A stretch of 64,000 bases of DNA from Massalongia carnosa (taxonomy: Eukaryota): assembly GCA_965645245.1 (NCBI GenBank), contig OZ287068.1:2232001-2296000 (forward strand), in the 5' to 3' direction. Within the stretch, counting starts at the first letter, position 1; every line of letters begins with the position of its first letter. A program made the position numbers and the translations under genes. The notes below the pieces were generated by a model. The model made no database searches, was not told where the DNA came from, and was given only the letters and a program-made list of their open reading frames with translations. Below, in pieces: positions 11,810 through 24,404 of this stretch.

Positions 11810-14559
11810 TAATGGACCTGCGCAGCTTTTTAATCGCCACAGTAGAAAGACCCCCCGTCCATGCCTTACAGTGGCTTTCCCAACATTTCGACTGACATCA
11901 AGGACTGGAACAAATCTAGCAGCTTGGTAGATTCTCTTCTTTAGAGCCAGAGCCAAAGACTTAAATCTAGTAACGAACCCAGACAGTAAAAGTCTATCAA
12001 TTCGGACTGACAACGGCAGATCCTCGGTATCACAACTTCGACAAGCCTCGAGTATAACTGGCAAGTTGAAATAATCAACATCGTGAGAGAAAAACCTTTC
12101 AAGGGATCTCCAAGACCGCCCATATGTACTTTGTATATGAAGTGGAAATACATCGAGTACAGCGCTCCAATATCAATCAGTGTGTTACACACCGAACGTC
12201 TTGCTTGTCTCCGTAATTCTCAGAAGCGTTAGCTGTTCACTTCTTCTTAAAGCATCGAATATTAGTGACTGGCTGGAATGCGTTTGTTCGCATTATGCAG
12301 GCTCGGTGTCGATTTTTTTTATTCGATACGTATCCATTTAGAAAAAAATTGGCGCTCTATATGCCAAAGGATGCATTTGAGCTGCGAAGGCAATACGTAC
12401 ACATGTATGACCACGATGAATCCTGCTCTTGTTCATACTACCGACAGTTATTGGGTCTGAGACATTCAAGAGTATTTCTTTCGCTTTTCTCGTATCACCT
12501 GGGCATAAACCAGGACCACAACTCCCGATGCGCATTCCTCCTCCTTGGAAGTGGTGTTGTATTGAAGAGAGGAGCTAGATCTCGGATGTGATTGATAGCA
12601 TGCGTCATTGTTTCAGGCATGATACCGATGGAACATAGACTAATTCTTCCACAGGAATCAGGAGGATCATCGTCATAGGTCTCGACGCGTACGTAACATG
12701 TCCAGTCTACTGTTGTGTAGATAAGAAAGATGAAGATGATACACGCTGGTTATAAAAACATCAGTTTTCGATGTATGATGACTATTATACTCTAACCACA
12801 ACTACTCTCAATAATATCATTCATTGTCATCACTATTCATGTTTAACAATCCCTCTCCATTCGATACATCGGCCAAGAAGCATCCGATGATATTTTCTTC
12901 CACGCTTATCTCTTTCGTCACCTCATTTTCAATGATGAGGGGATCGGTAAAATCCGCAATGTCTATGGGATCCTGGTATCTAACAGCCCCAGCTAGAGAG
13001 ATTAGAGCATACTCCCGAATGTATCTGCATAGTGTAGCCCGGTTCTGGTGATTCACTTGAACCTTAAGATGAATGTACAATATTAGCAAGTGAAAATCCC
13101 TGGCCTGGTTTAGTACACGCATGTGGGTTCTTTCCAACGTTGGAGCTGCAAACATAACATAAATTGCGTTAAGAACAGACCTTTTCATTGTAGATTAATC
13201 TAGTGGACTTTGAATAACGCACCTTCTACTCCAACCGCTGGTGCCAATATCGCTATTTAGGGTTATGGCCTTAGTTGATGCGGATAGATGATAAGCATAA
13301 TCTCAACCATCAGCCTCTTTCATGTATTATATAGGCTTCCTTATCATTCCTCCCACATCACAGCTATAGGAACAACCCAATCCCTAAATACTCCATCAAG
13401 CCAAAACACGCCTCCCCCCCCCCCCAAAAATACATATCCTAACAACAATAACAACCAAATTATCTCGCCACAGGAAACCTTCTACCTCACTGAATGAACT
13501 CTGTCCAACCAAAAAAACTCCAAAAATAATAATAATAAAACCTCCCCGCGCCAAAGTTTATTCGCCCCAAACACCCCAGCTTCACTCCACTGCAGCGCGA
13601 GTGCGCCACCAGGAAAACCCGTTCGTGGAGCGCACAAACTCAACGCCCCGTTCCGCCCGCAAGTCATCTGCCTGCCTAGGTGCGGCTGGGCGGTTATTGA
13701 TCATGGCTCGTGGAAAGAGCAGGTAAGGGGGTTGGTTAGATTGATATACGAGGACGGAAGGAAGGACAAGGAGGCGGAGGGGGCGCCGGGGAAGAATGTG
13801 ACGTGAAACGAAAAGGCCCAATAAACGAGAAACAAGTAGTATATATACATACAAGACTAACTGCCAGATCCTATGTACCTTCTCGCAACAACTAGGTAGA
13901 TAGATAGAGAGGTAAACAAGCTGACAACACCTAAACACCTAAATATCTAAATAAATAGGGGGCGAAATCCTCCCCCCCCCTTCTGCCCCAAAATCCGACT
14001 ATACGTCTACCGCAGCCAATCGCCCGCATTCTCAGTCTTTCCTTAGTCTTAGAGAAGGGGAGGAGAGGGGGAAATTTTGTTGAGTGCTCGCTCACGTCTT
14101 CTGGAACACGCAAGATAAGTATGTTAAAGAGTAAAAAAATGGTATAGATGAACATGAGTAGACAATTATGTAATAAAAATCAATGCACCGCTCCCGACCC
14201 GCTCCAGATTCAAATTGTAAATCACCACGTTGCACTGTCCAGAGTTGAGCTCTCCTAACGTAAGAAAACCCCCCATAAACCGCCGTGGCCGCCAAGGCCA
14301 TACATGCTGGCTTTCAGCGCCTTTTGAGGAAATGAAAACTCCACGTGCGAGAAATTGGGTCGCGAGCCGGCTCGCAAACCGCAATGGGGAGGGGGGGGGG
14401 TCAACGGCAGGGAACGTAGTTAGTGAGCGCGTTGTGGAAAATCATAAACAAAGGCGAATTTTGAATGTTGTAGGGCACCTCGCACCCAGCATGGTGAGAA
14501 GCTGATGAGGGCATGAACTCGTTACGGGCTCATGGTTCCGGTCCCGAATGTGATACCCG

Positions 14560-15975
14560 CTAAACCACATGCTGCGTCACCTTCTCAGCCAGAGGCGTCA
14601 AGTCGTTTGCTCCGTTCAAGGTATTCGACTTGGTGCTCAGCGTGGTCCGGATTTCCTCGACGCTCCTCCCCTTCCACGCGCCGTAGCCCAGCGAGTACAA
14701 GACGCGGTTCTGCTCCGACACGATGAAATCCTCGGGCTTCGGCGGGGCTTTGGAGGCGATCTCGCTGATCTCGGTGGTGAGCTGCTTGCAGAAAATGTCC
14801 AGCGGGAGATCGTTGACGTCGTGGCCGAAGGGGTTCTCGATCTCGCGGCCGATGGCGGCGATGCCGAGGATGATATAGGCGCCCACCACGGTGCCGGGGA
14901 TGGTGATCCAGCCGAGCGAGGCCCAGAGCTGGAACGGCAGCGCGACCACGTACACCCAGGTGATTTGGCTGATGGCGATGGAATAGGCGACGGGGAGGGG
15001 GGTGTTGAGCACGCGCTCCGTCCCAGCGAGGACGTCGTTGAGCGAGGCGAGGTTAGTCATGATCATCCCATGATACGTGCCGTTGCTCAAAGTGCCGTTC
15101 GCCACGATCGATCCCACGTACGCGGAGAGGTAGGTGATGATTTCGAGCGGAAGGTTGCCCAGGTTTTTCTTGGATCGTTTGATCAGCTTGCGCGGGTTGG
15201 ATTCCGCGACCGTTAGCCCTAGGTATTCGCCGGCCACTTTCCAGACCGACCTTTTCCGCGGCTGAGGGGCCGCGGGGTCGTACGCGGCGCCCGCGAAAGT
15301 GGAAAGGTGGGACACCAACGGTTCCAGGTCGGGGTAGTAGGTGTAGGGCTCGAAGCGGAGTCTGTGCTTCAAGGCGACGGCGAAGGCGACGATGAGGTTG
15401 AGTGCCGTGAGCTTGGCGAGGAGGTCGGCTTTGCCGGTCTGGGCGTCCTGGTCGTGTCGCTCTTCGGCGTGGATCCAGATATGGCGGGCCAGGTCACGGG
15501 ACGTCTGGCTCAGCTGAGCCCAATACTTGCGCCCCTCGACATACCGCTCGTAGGCGCTGGAGGTGCGGAACGAAATTCCCAGACCCACCACGAAACCCAG
15601 CACGGTGAGCAGGAGACTCGAGACCACGAGGGGTTGCACGAACTTGGAGATGCAGGTGATCAGGGTGGCCCAGCAACCAATGAAGACTAATGGAACTATC
15701 ATTCGAGGCGTGATGCTGCCATTGAGGCGCAGGAAGTAGGGAAGCTTGGAGTGTTTTTCGATATCGCGCGGGCGGATGAAGTAGTCGTCCACATTGATGC
15801 TGGTTTTGGTGTCTTGGGTGTGCATCCTGGGACGTGTGTTCTGGCTCGGGCTCGGTGAGGATCGACGGAGCGAGGTGGATTGCGGACTGAGGTTGAGATA
15901 GGGTGACTTTGCTGGGCCAACATTGTCGAATGTAGTCTCGGAAGTTTTCGTGCTGGCAGTATGTGAGGTCGACAT
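14560..15975 (-). CDS. Bestrophin-like/UPF0187 (YneE-type) membrane anion-channel family protein
   Basis: 471 aa open frame with hydrophobic segments. Motifs SFRTSSAYERYVEGRKYW, ERVLNTPLPVAY and IGREIENPFGHDVNDLPLD. Confidence 0.9.
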   Translation of the reverse strand: MSTSHTASTKTSETTFDNVGPAKSPYLNLSPQSTSLRRSSPSPSQNTRPRMHTQDTKTSINVDDYFIRPRDIEKHSKLPYFLRLNGSITPRMIVPLVFIGCWATLITCISKFVQPLVVSSLLLTVLGFVVGLGISFRTSSAYERYVEGRKYWAQLSQTSRDLARHIWIHAEERHDQDAQTGKADLLAKLTALNLIVAFAVALKHRLRFEPYTYYPDLEPLVSHLSTFAGAAYDPAAPQPRKRSVWKVAGEYLGLTVAESNPRKLIKRSKKNLGNLPLEIITYLSAYVGSIVANGTLSNGTYHGMIMTNLASLNDVLAGTERVLNTPLPVAYSIAISQITWVYVVALPFQLWASLGWITIPGTVVGAYIILGIAAIGREIENPFGHDVNDLPLDIFCKQLTTEISEIASKAPPKPEDFIVSEQNRVLYSLGYGAWKGRSVEEIRTTLSTKSNTLNGANDLTPLAEKVTQHVV

Positions 15976-18625
15976 TACGAACGAGAGTTACACGAAAAAT
16001 CCGTTGGAAAAAAGTCGTCGTGATGATGTGATTCTGCTGATCAAAACCACCAGATGTCCCAGATGATACTTGTTATATCTTCACCAAACCAACAACGCTC
16101 TCAATTCAGTGCTGAAACAGAAAGAGTGAAAAGTCAATGGATGAGCACAGAACATCACATATAAACTCCCTCTGAACAAACTAATATACTCAAGCTGCTC
16201 GTCCGTGCTCCCTAGTTATAGGATCAGCTCAACGCCGCAGAACCTCAAAATCTTCAGCCCCACTTCAGGCGTCCCATGGCCGAAACACGCTTGCGGGGAT
16301 TCCGACGTTGGAGCATGTTGGGAACTCTCATAGCAGTGGTGGTTATTTCCATCCGGAGCATACGGCAGAGCTGCAGTGGAAGTTTCGACAGCGTATGAGC
16401 GATCTGCATGAGAACAGATCAGCTCTGAGGGAGGCTTCGAAGGTAAATAGACGTTACGACTGAAAAAGAACGGATAGGAGAAAAGGGGAAGGTGGAAAGG
16501 ACCCTTGACTTCAGCCCTCGAGTATGCGCCAATTATTTAACTAGTTACGCCGCTGCTGGCAGCCTAATTTTCCGCCTCCCGCTGTAAGGAACCGACTCTG
16601 CATCATCTCTCCATTGGACCAGCGCCAATTGAAACCGAGCTTCATGAACGGAAACTGCAACTGTGCAGAGATCTGCACTGGTTATATCCGATGTGGCTAA
16701 GAGGCTTCGAGAATAAAATGGAGTGATTAGTGGTTTCCAACTAAATCGCTGCATAGTAACTATTCGGACATGGTCTTGAGATGGTCTCGAGATATTATCC
16801 ACTAGAACGTTCTTGTCATAGTCTATCTACTAAGTGATTACGTCAGTCAATGTTCAGATATTCTGTTTTAAAGACAATCTCATAACTTTATCATAAGTAA
16901 AATATCTTATACGGCAAATTACTGAGATGAACCCCAAATAACCCTCCCATCTTGCCTGGGGGTTATTTGGGGGTCAATTACCGTAATATACACGCAATTT
17001 TGCTTCTTGCGCTGTCACGATGACCCCCAAGAACTATAATTAATTGAAGGGGATCATTTGGGGGTCATTGCGATCGCACGATTAAATGACAAGCACGAGG
17101 AAAAGCGACTAGATACCTATACAAAAATATACGAAAACCATCACAATACAATATCATGATCTAATTTTCCATCCTCAGACTGTCATGTTTCGATATGTCA
17201 TTCCTTCAGCAAAAAAATCGCCTCCGAAGAAGTGGCACATGAAACATAGCTAGCCGGCAGATGCTCTGTCACTTCATGAAAGAAAACACGATTGCTTATC
17301 CTTTCTTTCTGTAAGGATAATCTCTAGACCCATCTATTGACTCGGCTTTGTCCCTCGCCTTTGTAGTTTTCGAGGAGGTGACTTGTTTATTAAGTCAGTC
17401 AATGACACTTCTCTAGTGCTTTCTAAAGCTGCCTTCGCTAAGTTGGCATGCTTTGTGTGTAAAGCTTCTTGCGCTCTCACAGTAGGTTTCAATATCCGTC
17501 CAGATCTAGATTTACGAGGTGAGATCAGTGCCCGGTCACGTTCTTTACCTTTCTCTAGCATGCTCCAAATTTGCTCCTCCGCTAGTATATTATCAGCTTC
17601 CTGTCGCTCATCCGCTGATGTATTCTCGACTTCTTGTCGCTCTTCCGCTAATGTATTCTCGGCTTCCTCTCTCTCTTCCGATAATGCATCGTCTTTTTCG
17701 TACGGAAAGTCATCAGAATCATAGCCCACTGGTGTTCTCTCCCCTTCCGAAAGTGGTGTTGGCTCTCCTAATGGAATGCGTAGAGGAAGAGGACATCGTC
17801 TTTGAGGATACGTCCATAATGGGCGGGTGAACAACTTTCTAAGAACTGAAATATGTGACGATGGAGCTGGAGCTATATGCTCGAAATGAGGAACGATAAT
17901 TTGATACTGTCGCTCTGTCAGATATCTTCGACCTTGCTCTCAATGATTAGCCATGAATTAATCTTAAGGTGAGTACGTACCTGTTTAGCATAAAGTATTC
18001 GTTTTTTGCGAGCATCTTCTTCGGCCGCCTATGGAAAGCGACGTTTGTAATTTCTATGTCCCTGTAGTGTTCCAGCAAACGTCTGATTCATATCAAAGCT
18101 TTGAAATTGTTATAACTGTGCCTCGTCCATGTCTAACCATCAAATAGCCCAGCGAGCATAGTTCTTCTGCTCTTCCTTAGTCTCTTCCGATGAGTCTGTT
18201 ACAATTGACGACGATTGAGATCGAGATGAGGAATTCATTTCACTCTCGAGGGTAATATTTTTGTCGCGATGAGATGTAAAACTCTTGTCACTCGGTCGCA
18301 ATATCTTCATCGGTTTGAGCCGAGAATCTGCGAGACCTAAAAACAAAAGAACGATCACTGAATCCATTCCAGTCACTTATGTCAGTATGAACACTCATAT
18401 TGTCGCTCTCGCCGTCATGATTGCTGTCGCTATTATTGTCATTAGAGTCATTGTCATTCTCTTTATCAACTTCATTTTCGTTGTGACTAGATTGAGAGAC
18501 AGAAGCAGTTTTGGATCTACTACTAGCAGAAACGTCACTCGCGGAAGGTCCCGAGAGATCACATGTATTGTACGCCTGTTATGCTTGAAACTCTTGCAGA
18601 TTGAGCATCTCATCCTCTGCTTTGA

Positions 18626-20301
18626 TTAATCAAATCGTTTTCTTCTCTCACGTCTGATTTTTGGGCGACCAGCCTGGACTACAAATTCTGGTGGTTTCAC
18701 ATCGGCCGCTGCGAGAACATTGAGATCAACAGGTTGTAAAAATGACTGGTATGTTGCCTTGTACTCAGCGATTGTAAAGATGGGACTGATAAAATCCTCT
18801 GATTCTCTTTCTTGCTTCATACATAACGCAACGGCATGAGCACATGGCATCTCATAATCCTGAAAATCATGACAAGTACACGTCTTGGCTTCCGGATCCA
18901 CGATGTGATGACTTCCAGTACCAGTAGTGACGATACAGAAAGGACGAGAATTTTGAACAGTATACTCGGCCGATTGTTTCCGTCCATCTTGAATCCATCT
19001 CCAGGCATAATCAGTGACTCTATCTGTCTTGTGCTCAAGCTTGTGCCGTTCATAAAGTTTGTCCATGCATTGGTTCCAAATCTGATGGAGACAAAGCAAT
19101 GCGGGCATGTGACGTGCCTCCAGCCAAATATTATTTTGCGACTTTTGAGCATTAGAACATAATTGACCATATCGAGGACGAGGAAAAGCATATACAGCCC
19201 ACTGCTCTGGAGGTATGTCTTCAATATAGCCCGCGCAATAAGGTCTCGTCGCTCTAATTCTGTTGAGAATAGTGTTGATTTTTGCCTGTGTTTTAGCTTT
19301 GGCTGCATCCCAGAAAAGATCCCGATATGACTTCTTCCATTTTTTATCGACATTGTCTCCGAGATGTTTGCAACAATGAGCACTTAAAGCAACAGGAAAA
19401 TGATCAGATACTGCATGTTTGATACCTTTGTTGCGATCACTAATAATTACTGCTTGTCGTCCCGAGCGAAATCGAATATATAATGCCATTGCCCGTAAAA
19501 AATAGATCCAGTTATCTTTGTTCTCGATTGAGACCAATGCCCACGCCAGTTCCAATACCTGGTTGTTACCGTCTTGAGTAACAAGAGACAAGATCACAAG
19601 CCCGTCCGATGTCTTGGAAGCGGTACCATCACACTGAAGCACCGAACGACAATGACGAAAAGCACGCTCAGTCGCCTTTGGCAGTACCCAACATCGTTTG
19701 AAACAGCCGTTTTCGTCTAGCTCCAGATTTGTTCATGCTGTTCGTGTATTGTTTTATTCTTCGCATGCTGACAAGAATGCAGGTATATATTGAAAGCTTT
19801 GCTTAATATTGCCAAACCGCTTAATCTTGAGAAACTCTTTTGTGCGCCACATCGCCATATAATTTGTGTTGTTTCATCGACTGGAAGTCTCGACGGTCAT
19901 TAAATGCATCGATTTAACCCGATGATCAGATTGCACAAGTGCTTGATTTGTCTTGTTGGTGGCTAAATACTGAACAGCATTGCTACCTGAATGGCCGGAG
20001 TGGTTCGATATGGCACAGGTATGAGGGATCATTTTAGTGAGTTTCCCTGATCTAATGTCAGTATTTCTTTGTCTTAGCTCTTATACATTTAAGTATTACA
20101 TCTCCCAGTTTTGTTGGACAAGCTGGCTCTGATTCGAAAGTCACAATGATCGCACTTAACTAGATATCTATTCTTCTCGGCCTTCTCAACACGCCATAAC
20201 TCGCTCTTGCTTGCAAGCCAATTAGTGATCGCCTATCTTGTCTCATATTTATCGTCCCACTCTTGACCGACATAAAGCGACATTATTGATGATTCGGCCA
20301 T
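18626..20301 (-). pseudogene. MULE transposase with SWIM zinc finger; 5' part has stops and frameshifts
   Basis: QCDGT...DGNNQVLELAWALV, IISDRNKGI, HCCKHL and SWIM CTCHDFQDYEMPCAHA. Likely ATG at 20301 followed by an in-frame stop. Confidence 0.85.
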
Positions 20302-20413
20302 AGTGAGATTGATGAGATGGTTCTATGTCACGTGAGGCCCCTGAGTCAAAGTAAATTAAGAATCACCCTCTGAAAATTCTTTCCTCATCCACTTCTTCTC
20401 ACTCGGCCTCATC

Positions 20414-20558
20414 CATCTCACTGACTCGTCGTCGACCCCACGTTGTCTCGGTGCCCCTACCTCGCTGTCAGTGCTTGCTGCTTTTCCCATCTCACTGACT
20501 CGTCGTCGACCTCACGTTGTCCTCGGTGCCCCTACCTCGCTGTCGGTGCTTTTTCCCA
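20414..20558 (+). repeat. Tandem duplication of ~73 bp in the 5' leader of the YR element
   Basis: CCATCTCACTGACTCGTCGTCGAC..CTCGGTGCCCCTACCTCGCTGTC.GTGCTT occurs twice (~20414 and ~20487). Confidence 0.85.
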
Positions 20559-21572
20559 ATGACGAACACCCGTTCCCAAAGCACCCCGATGGACGACATA
20601 GTCCCCGACTCCCAGGAGATTGTCGGATTGACGCAGGCCCAGTCCAATCAAATCTTCGCCCTACAAAAGAAGAAAGCCGAGGCAGAAGCGAAGGCGGCCG
20701 AGGCTGAGGCCAGAATTGCCGAGTCCAAGGCATTGGTCGCCGAGAAGGAGGTGGAAAAAATGCAGCTAGAAATCGACTGCATGCGCCGAGAATCTGACGC
20801 CCGAATAGCGGCCGTCATTCCTGCTGGCAAGCCGAGTCGTGTCGTCGGCGATGACGACGAGGACCTAGGTGAGATCCCTCTCGAAGTAAGAAGTATAGCA
20901 CCCCGTTTCGCGGGCCTACCACAGGACGAGATCATCAAGATCTTTTCAAATAAATTCAAAGCCATCAACCTCTCCCGCCTCCGACACATGCACGGCATGC
21001 AATACGAGTCCTACAAGGATCAGGACCGCATCGGCATCGAAGACGGCGCCTTGAGGTTGAGAAAGGCATCCGGGACCTACAAAGATTTCGGAAAGACAGT
21101 TCATGACGTCTGGACCGAGAGCTTCATCAACTACACCTCGATCATGGTCAGTCTTTTCGGGAAATCGAGTCAACAGCTTCACGCCACCATGTCGGCATTC
21201 CACGGAAAAATCCTCACGCTGGCCAAGGTGTACGAGTGGCAGGAAGCAGTCCTCCCCCTCGCCATCGAAACCCACACTCACATCATCGCGTCTCAGCCAT
21301 CCGACGCATCCCAATGGAAAATGCCCGACGAATTCCAAGCTCGATTCTGCACCCCCCTCACAGTCCTACGCCGTCGCCGCTCACGATCCCCGCCGTCCCG
21401 GCGACCGACCCCGAGAGGAGACAGGGCCGATAGGGCCGAGAAGGCAGCGGGGGAAATCTGCGACAAGTACAACAGCGGCACCTGCACCTGGCCGTCGTGC
21501 TACCGACAGCACAAATGTAAATCGTGCGGCGCGGCTGGGCATGGCCAGAAGACATGCCCAACGAAGAAATAG
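20559..21572 (+). CDS. Gag-like ORF1 of the YR retrotransposon (coiled coil, C-terminal CCCH plus CCHC-like zinc fingers)
   Basis: ATG at 20559 (MTNTRSQ). C-terminus ICDKYNSGTCTWPSCYRQHKCKSCGAAGHGQKTC. Confidence 0.75.
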   Translation: MTNTRSQSTPMDDIVPDSQEIVGLTQAQSNQIFALQKKKAEAEAKAAEAEARIAESKALVAEKEVEKMQLEIDCMRRESDARIAAVIPAGKPSRVVGDDDEDLGEIPLEVRSIAPRFAGLPQDEIIKIFSNKFKAINLSRLRHMHGMQYESYKDQDRIGIEDGALRLRKASGTYKDFGKTVHDVWTESFINYTSIMVSLFGKSSQQLHATMSAFHGKILTLAKVYEWQEAVLPLAIETHTHIIASQPSDASQWKMPDEFQARFCTPLTVLRRRRSRSPPSRRPTPRGDRADRAEKAAGEICDKYNSGTCTWPSCYRQHKCKSCGAAGHGQKTCPTKK

Positions 21573-21617
21573 GGGGTTGGTGCAGGAGGCAGTAGAATAG
21601 CTTCAATAGCTGAATTC

Positions 21618-23322
21618 ATGACGTCCCATCCCTGCTTACCTGCACCAATCAGACCAAATACAATCCCTTCGTTTCAACTCGTAGACGCATCTCGTCAGCG
21701 TTTGAAAGACAGCCCATCTCCCCTCGTACCGTCCGCATGGGCAACTCTACTTCAAGAGTATCCGGGCCCCCTCCGAGTCCATCTGCCCATGATCCTTCGT
21801 TTCGGAGTACAAATCGGATACGAAGGCCCCACAGACATCCTTCGGATCGAAAAAAATCTGACATCAGCGAATGAGGACCCGGAAACGATCGAGAATAAGC
21901 TCCAAGAGGACCTCAGGAAGGGCCGAGTCAGACGAATAGCCGCCCCGAGTCAGCCATTTGTGGCCTCCCCCCTCGGCTTGGTCCCGAAACATGACGGAGG
22001 ATGGCGACGCATTCATCATCTGTCTCATCCCAATCAAACATCAGTCAACGACAACATTCCAGAAGAGGCATCCAAATTACAATACGCCAGACTCGACGAC
22101 ATTATTCAATTGATTCTGTCAGCGGGCAAAGGTGCTGTCATAGTGAAAAGAGACGTCAAAGACGCCTTTCGAAACGTTCCCGTCGCACCTCATCATCAAT
22201 GGCTTCTGGGTTTCGGATGGAATGACGAATTCTACACCGAGACATGCCTTTCGTTCGGACTGTCGACGGCCCCGTTCATCTTCAATCTTTTTGCGGAAGG
22301 CTTTCATTGGATTTTGGAATCCTTTCTACAATGGAGATTACATCACTATCTAGACGACTTCGTTGCAATTTTCCCATCCGAGACATCGTCAGAACGATTG
22401 CACCAAGAAACAAAAGCCTACAACATTCTCACCGACATTCTTGGCATCCCGAGAAACGACTCAAAAGACGCCGAGGGAACGACAGCGACAGTCTTCGGAC
22501 TCGAGGTCGACACCATCAACAGTCTTATTCGTCTGCCAGCGGACAAGCTGGAAAAAGCGAGAATCATCACTACAAAGGCACTAAACGAGACGACAATCAG
22601 CCTCGGCGACATGCAGTCAATAGCGGGCTTCCTAAGCTTCTGCGCACAGGCAGTCAAATTGGGCCGAGTCTTCTTACGATTATTCTGGAATTTTATAGCC
22701 TCATTTCCCTCGGGCAGTCATCGTCGGGTCAAAAGAAGAATTCCCACATGGGTCAGACAGGATCTCATCTGGTGGAACAAACTTCTAGTGGACTTCAACG
22801 GTATTGTCTTCTTCGAGACGTCAACACGAGACACGATCAAGGTGCATACGGATGCATGCCTCACGGGTCTCGGAGGCTATTTTCAACAAGACAACGAGCT
22901 CGTGAATCAAAAAAAACGCATGTAGGGCCCGAGTCCTAGTCCTCAATCAGGAAGGATCACCGAGCATAAACGTCCGAGAAGTCGAAGCTATCCTTCTAAT
23001 CCTTCAGAAATGGGCGCCGACATGGCGACATCGACAGATCCTTGTCTTTACCGACAGCAACACAGCATACACAGGATTCACGAATCTAACCCTCAAGGGA
23101 CCGGCCAACGCGCCTCTACGAGAAATACTGTCCATAGCTGCAAAGTGGGACATCGTACTACGTTGTCAATGGATCAGTGGCACTTCCAATGGACTAGCAG
23201 ATGCCCTGTCACGTTTTGATGATGAAAGATTGGCTAACTTTTGCCCTCATTGGCAGAACCCATACAATTCGATGAACCTCCCTCCACCTACCTATCCTCC
23301 ACACCAGGGTCAGCCCTGGTAA
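21618..23322 (+). CDS. Reverse transcriptase/RNase H of the YR retrotransposon; frameshift at an A-run near 22910-22917
   Basis: SPLGLVPK..WRRIHHLS, KRDVKDAFR, LSFGLSTAPFIF, HYLDDF and HTDAC. The shifted frame continues SINVREVEAI..FTDSNTA..NGLADALSR to TAA at 23322. Confidence 0.88.
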
Positions 23323-24404
23323 AACGTCTCGTCTGGCACGGACACTCGGCGGACACGAGAAAAGGGTACGGGACGGCGATCGACTCATACGAGGCATTCT
23401 GCGCGACGACGGGACGCACGTCGTGGCCTGCAACAACCGAGTCCCTCGAGGAATGGCTAGCCGGTCGACTATACGGGGGCGGCACACCCAAGCAGGGAAA
23501 GATAAAACCAGAGACGGCAGCGAGCTACCTCGCCGGCCTCAGATCATACCATGTAGACCGAGGATACGGCCTCACCCCATTCGAGGGGCCGAGACTTCAA
23601 TTGATGCTGAAAGGGGGAAAAAGGATCTTTTCTCAGACAAAAAGAAGACGCCTACCCATTTCAAAAGAATTACTGACAAAAATCACCAGTATTCCCGCTC
23701 ATTCGGCCGAAGACCTCAACATCGACGCGACATTCAAAGTTGCATGGGCAGGGTTCCTCAGACTCGGGGAAATCACCTACACTGTCGCTGATCGTAAGAA
23801 GACATCTTTTCAGAGATTGAAACCTACACGAGGTGACATCTCATTCGCCGAGAACGATCAATACGCGACATTACGTCTCAAAAGAAGCAAAACAGACACA
23901 AATCACTCAGGAGTTCAGATAGTGCTGGCAGCGACCAATGAGAGCACTTGCCCCGTGACAGCACTACGGCGTCTTTTCAGAAATGATCCTCAGCCATCTA
24001 CATCCCCGCTTTTTCGTCTCGGCACCGCATTCACCAGAGCCTCCGTCATAGCATCCCTGAAAAAGAGACTGATAGCCGTCGGCATCAACGACTCGGCATA
24101 CTCGGGACACAGCTTCAGAAAAGGAGCAGCACAACACGCCGCCGACCACGGGATGCTGGATGAGAGTATTCAGAGACTCGGAAGATGGTCATCAAACGCG
24201 TTTCAGCTATACTTTCAGACGTCCCAGGCCTCACTATTCAATTTGAACCTCAGTTTTCAAAAAGGCATCCCTCTAGCAGTCCCACGTGCTGTCGTCGCCG
24301 AGACGAATCCTACAAACTCCTACCCCTACTCAATTGGGCATTCCATTGGGCGTACAGGTCAACCAGGGCATCGATCCGGAGCGCCGCCGGGCACCTCCAT
24401 CTAG
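23241..24404 (+). CDS. Tyrosine recombinase (phage-integrase family) of the YR retrotransposon; start uncertain, overlaps RNase H
   Basis: Catalytic residues: FLRLGE (R), RSKTD (K), HSFRKG (H-x-x-R), GRWSS and QLY (Y). Confidence 0.9.
   Translation: MPSLAEPIQFDEPPSTYLSSTPGSALVKRLVWHGHSADTRKGYGTAIDSYEAFCATTGRTSWPATTESLEEWLAGRLYGGGTPKQGKIKPETAASYLAGLRSYHVDRGYGLTPFEGPRLQLMLKGGKRIFSQTKRRRLPISKELLTKITSIPAHSAEDLNIDATFKVAWAGFLRLGEITYTVADRKKTSFQRLKPTRGDISFAENDQYATLRLKRSKTDTNHSGVQIVLAATNESTCPVTALRRLFRNDPQPSTSPLFRLGTAFTRASVIASLKKRLIAVGINDSAYSGHSFRKGAAQHAADHGMLDESIQRLGRWSSNAFQLYFQTSQASLFNLNLSFQKGIPLAVPRAVVAETNPTNSYPYSIGHSIGRTGQPGHRSGAPPGTSI

Noticed and set aside
11812..13200. Several short ORFs, possibly a gene relic or the Helitron 5' part
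   Set aside because: No recognisable motifs or consistent splice model.
23241..24404. Tyrosine recombinase as a Starship captain or prophage integrase
   Set aside because: It is short, overlaps an RT/RNase H ORF and follows a gag, which is the DIRS/Ngaro layout rather than DUF3435.
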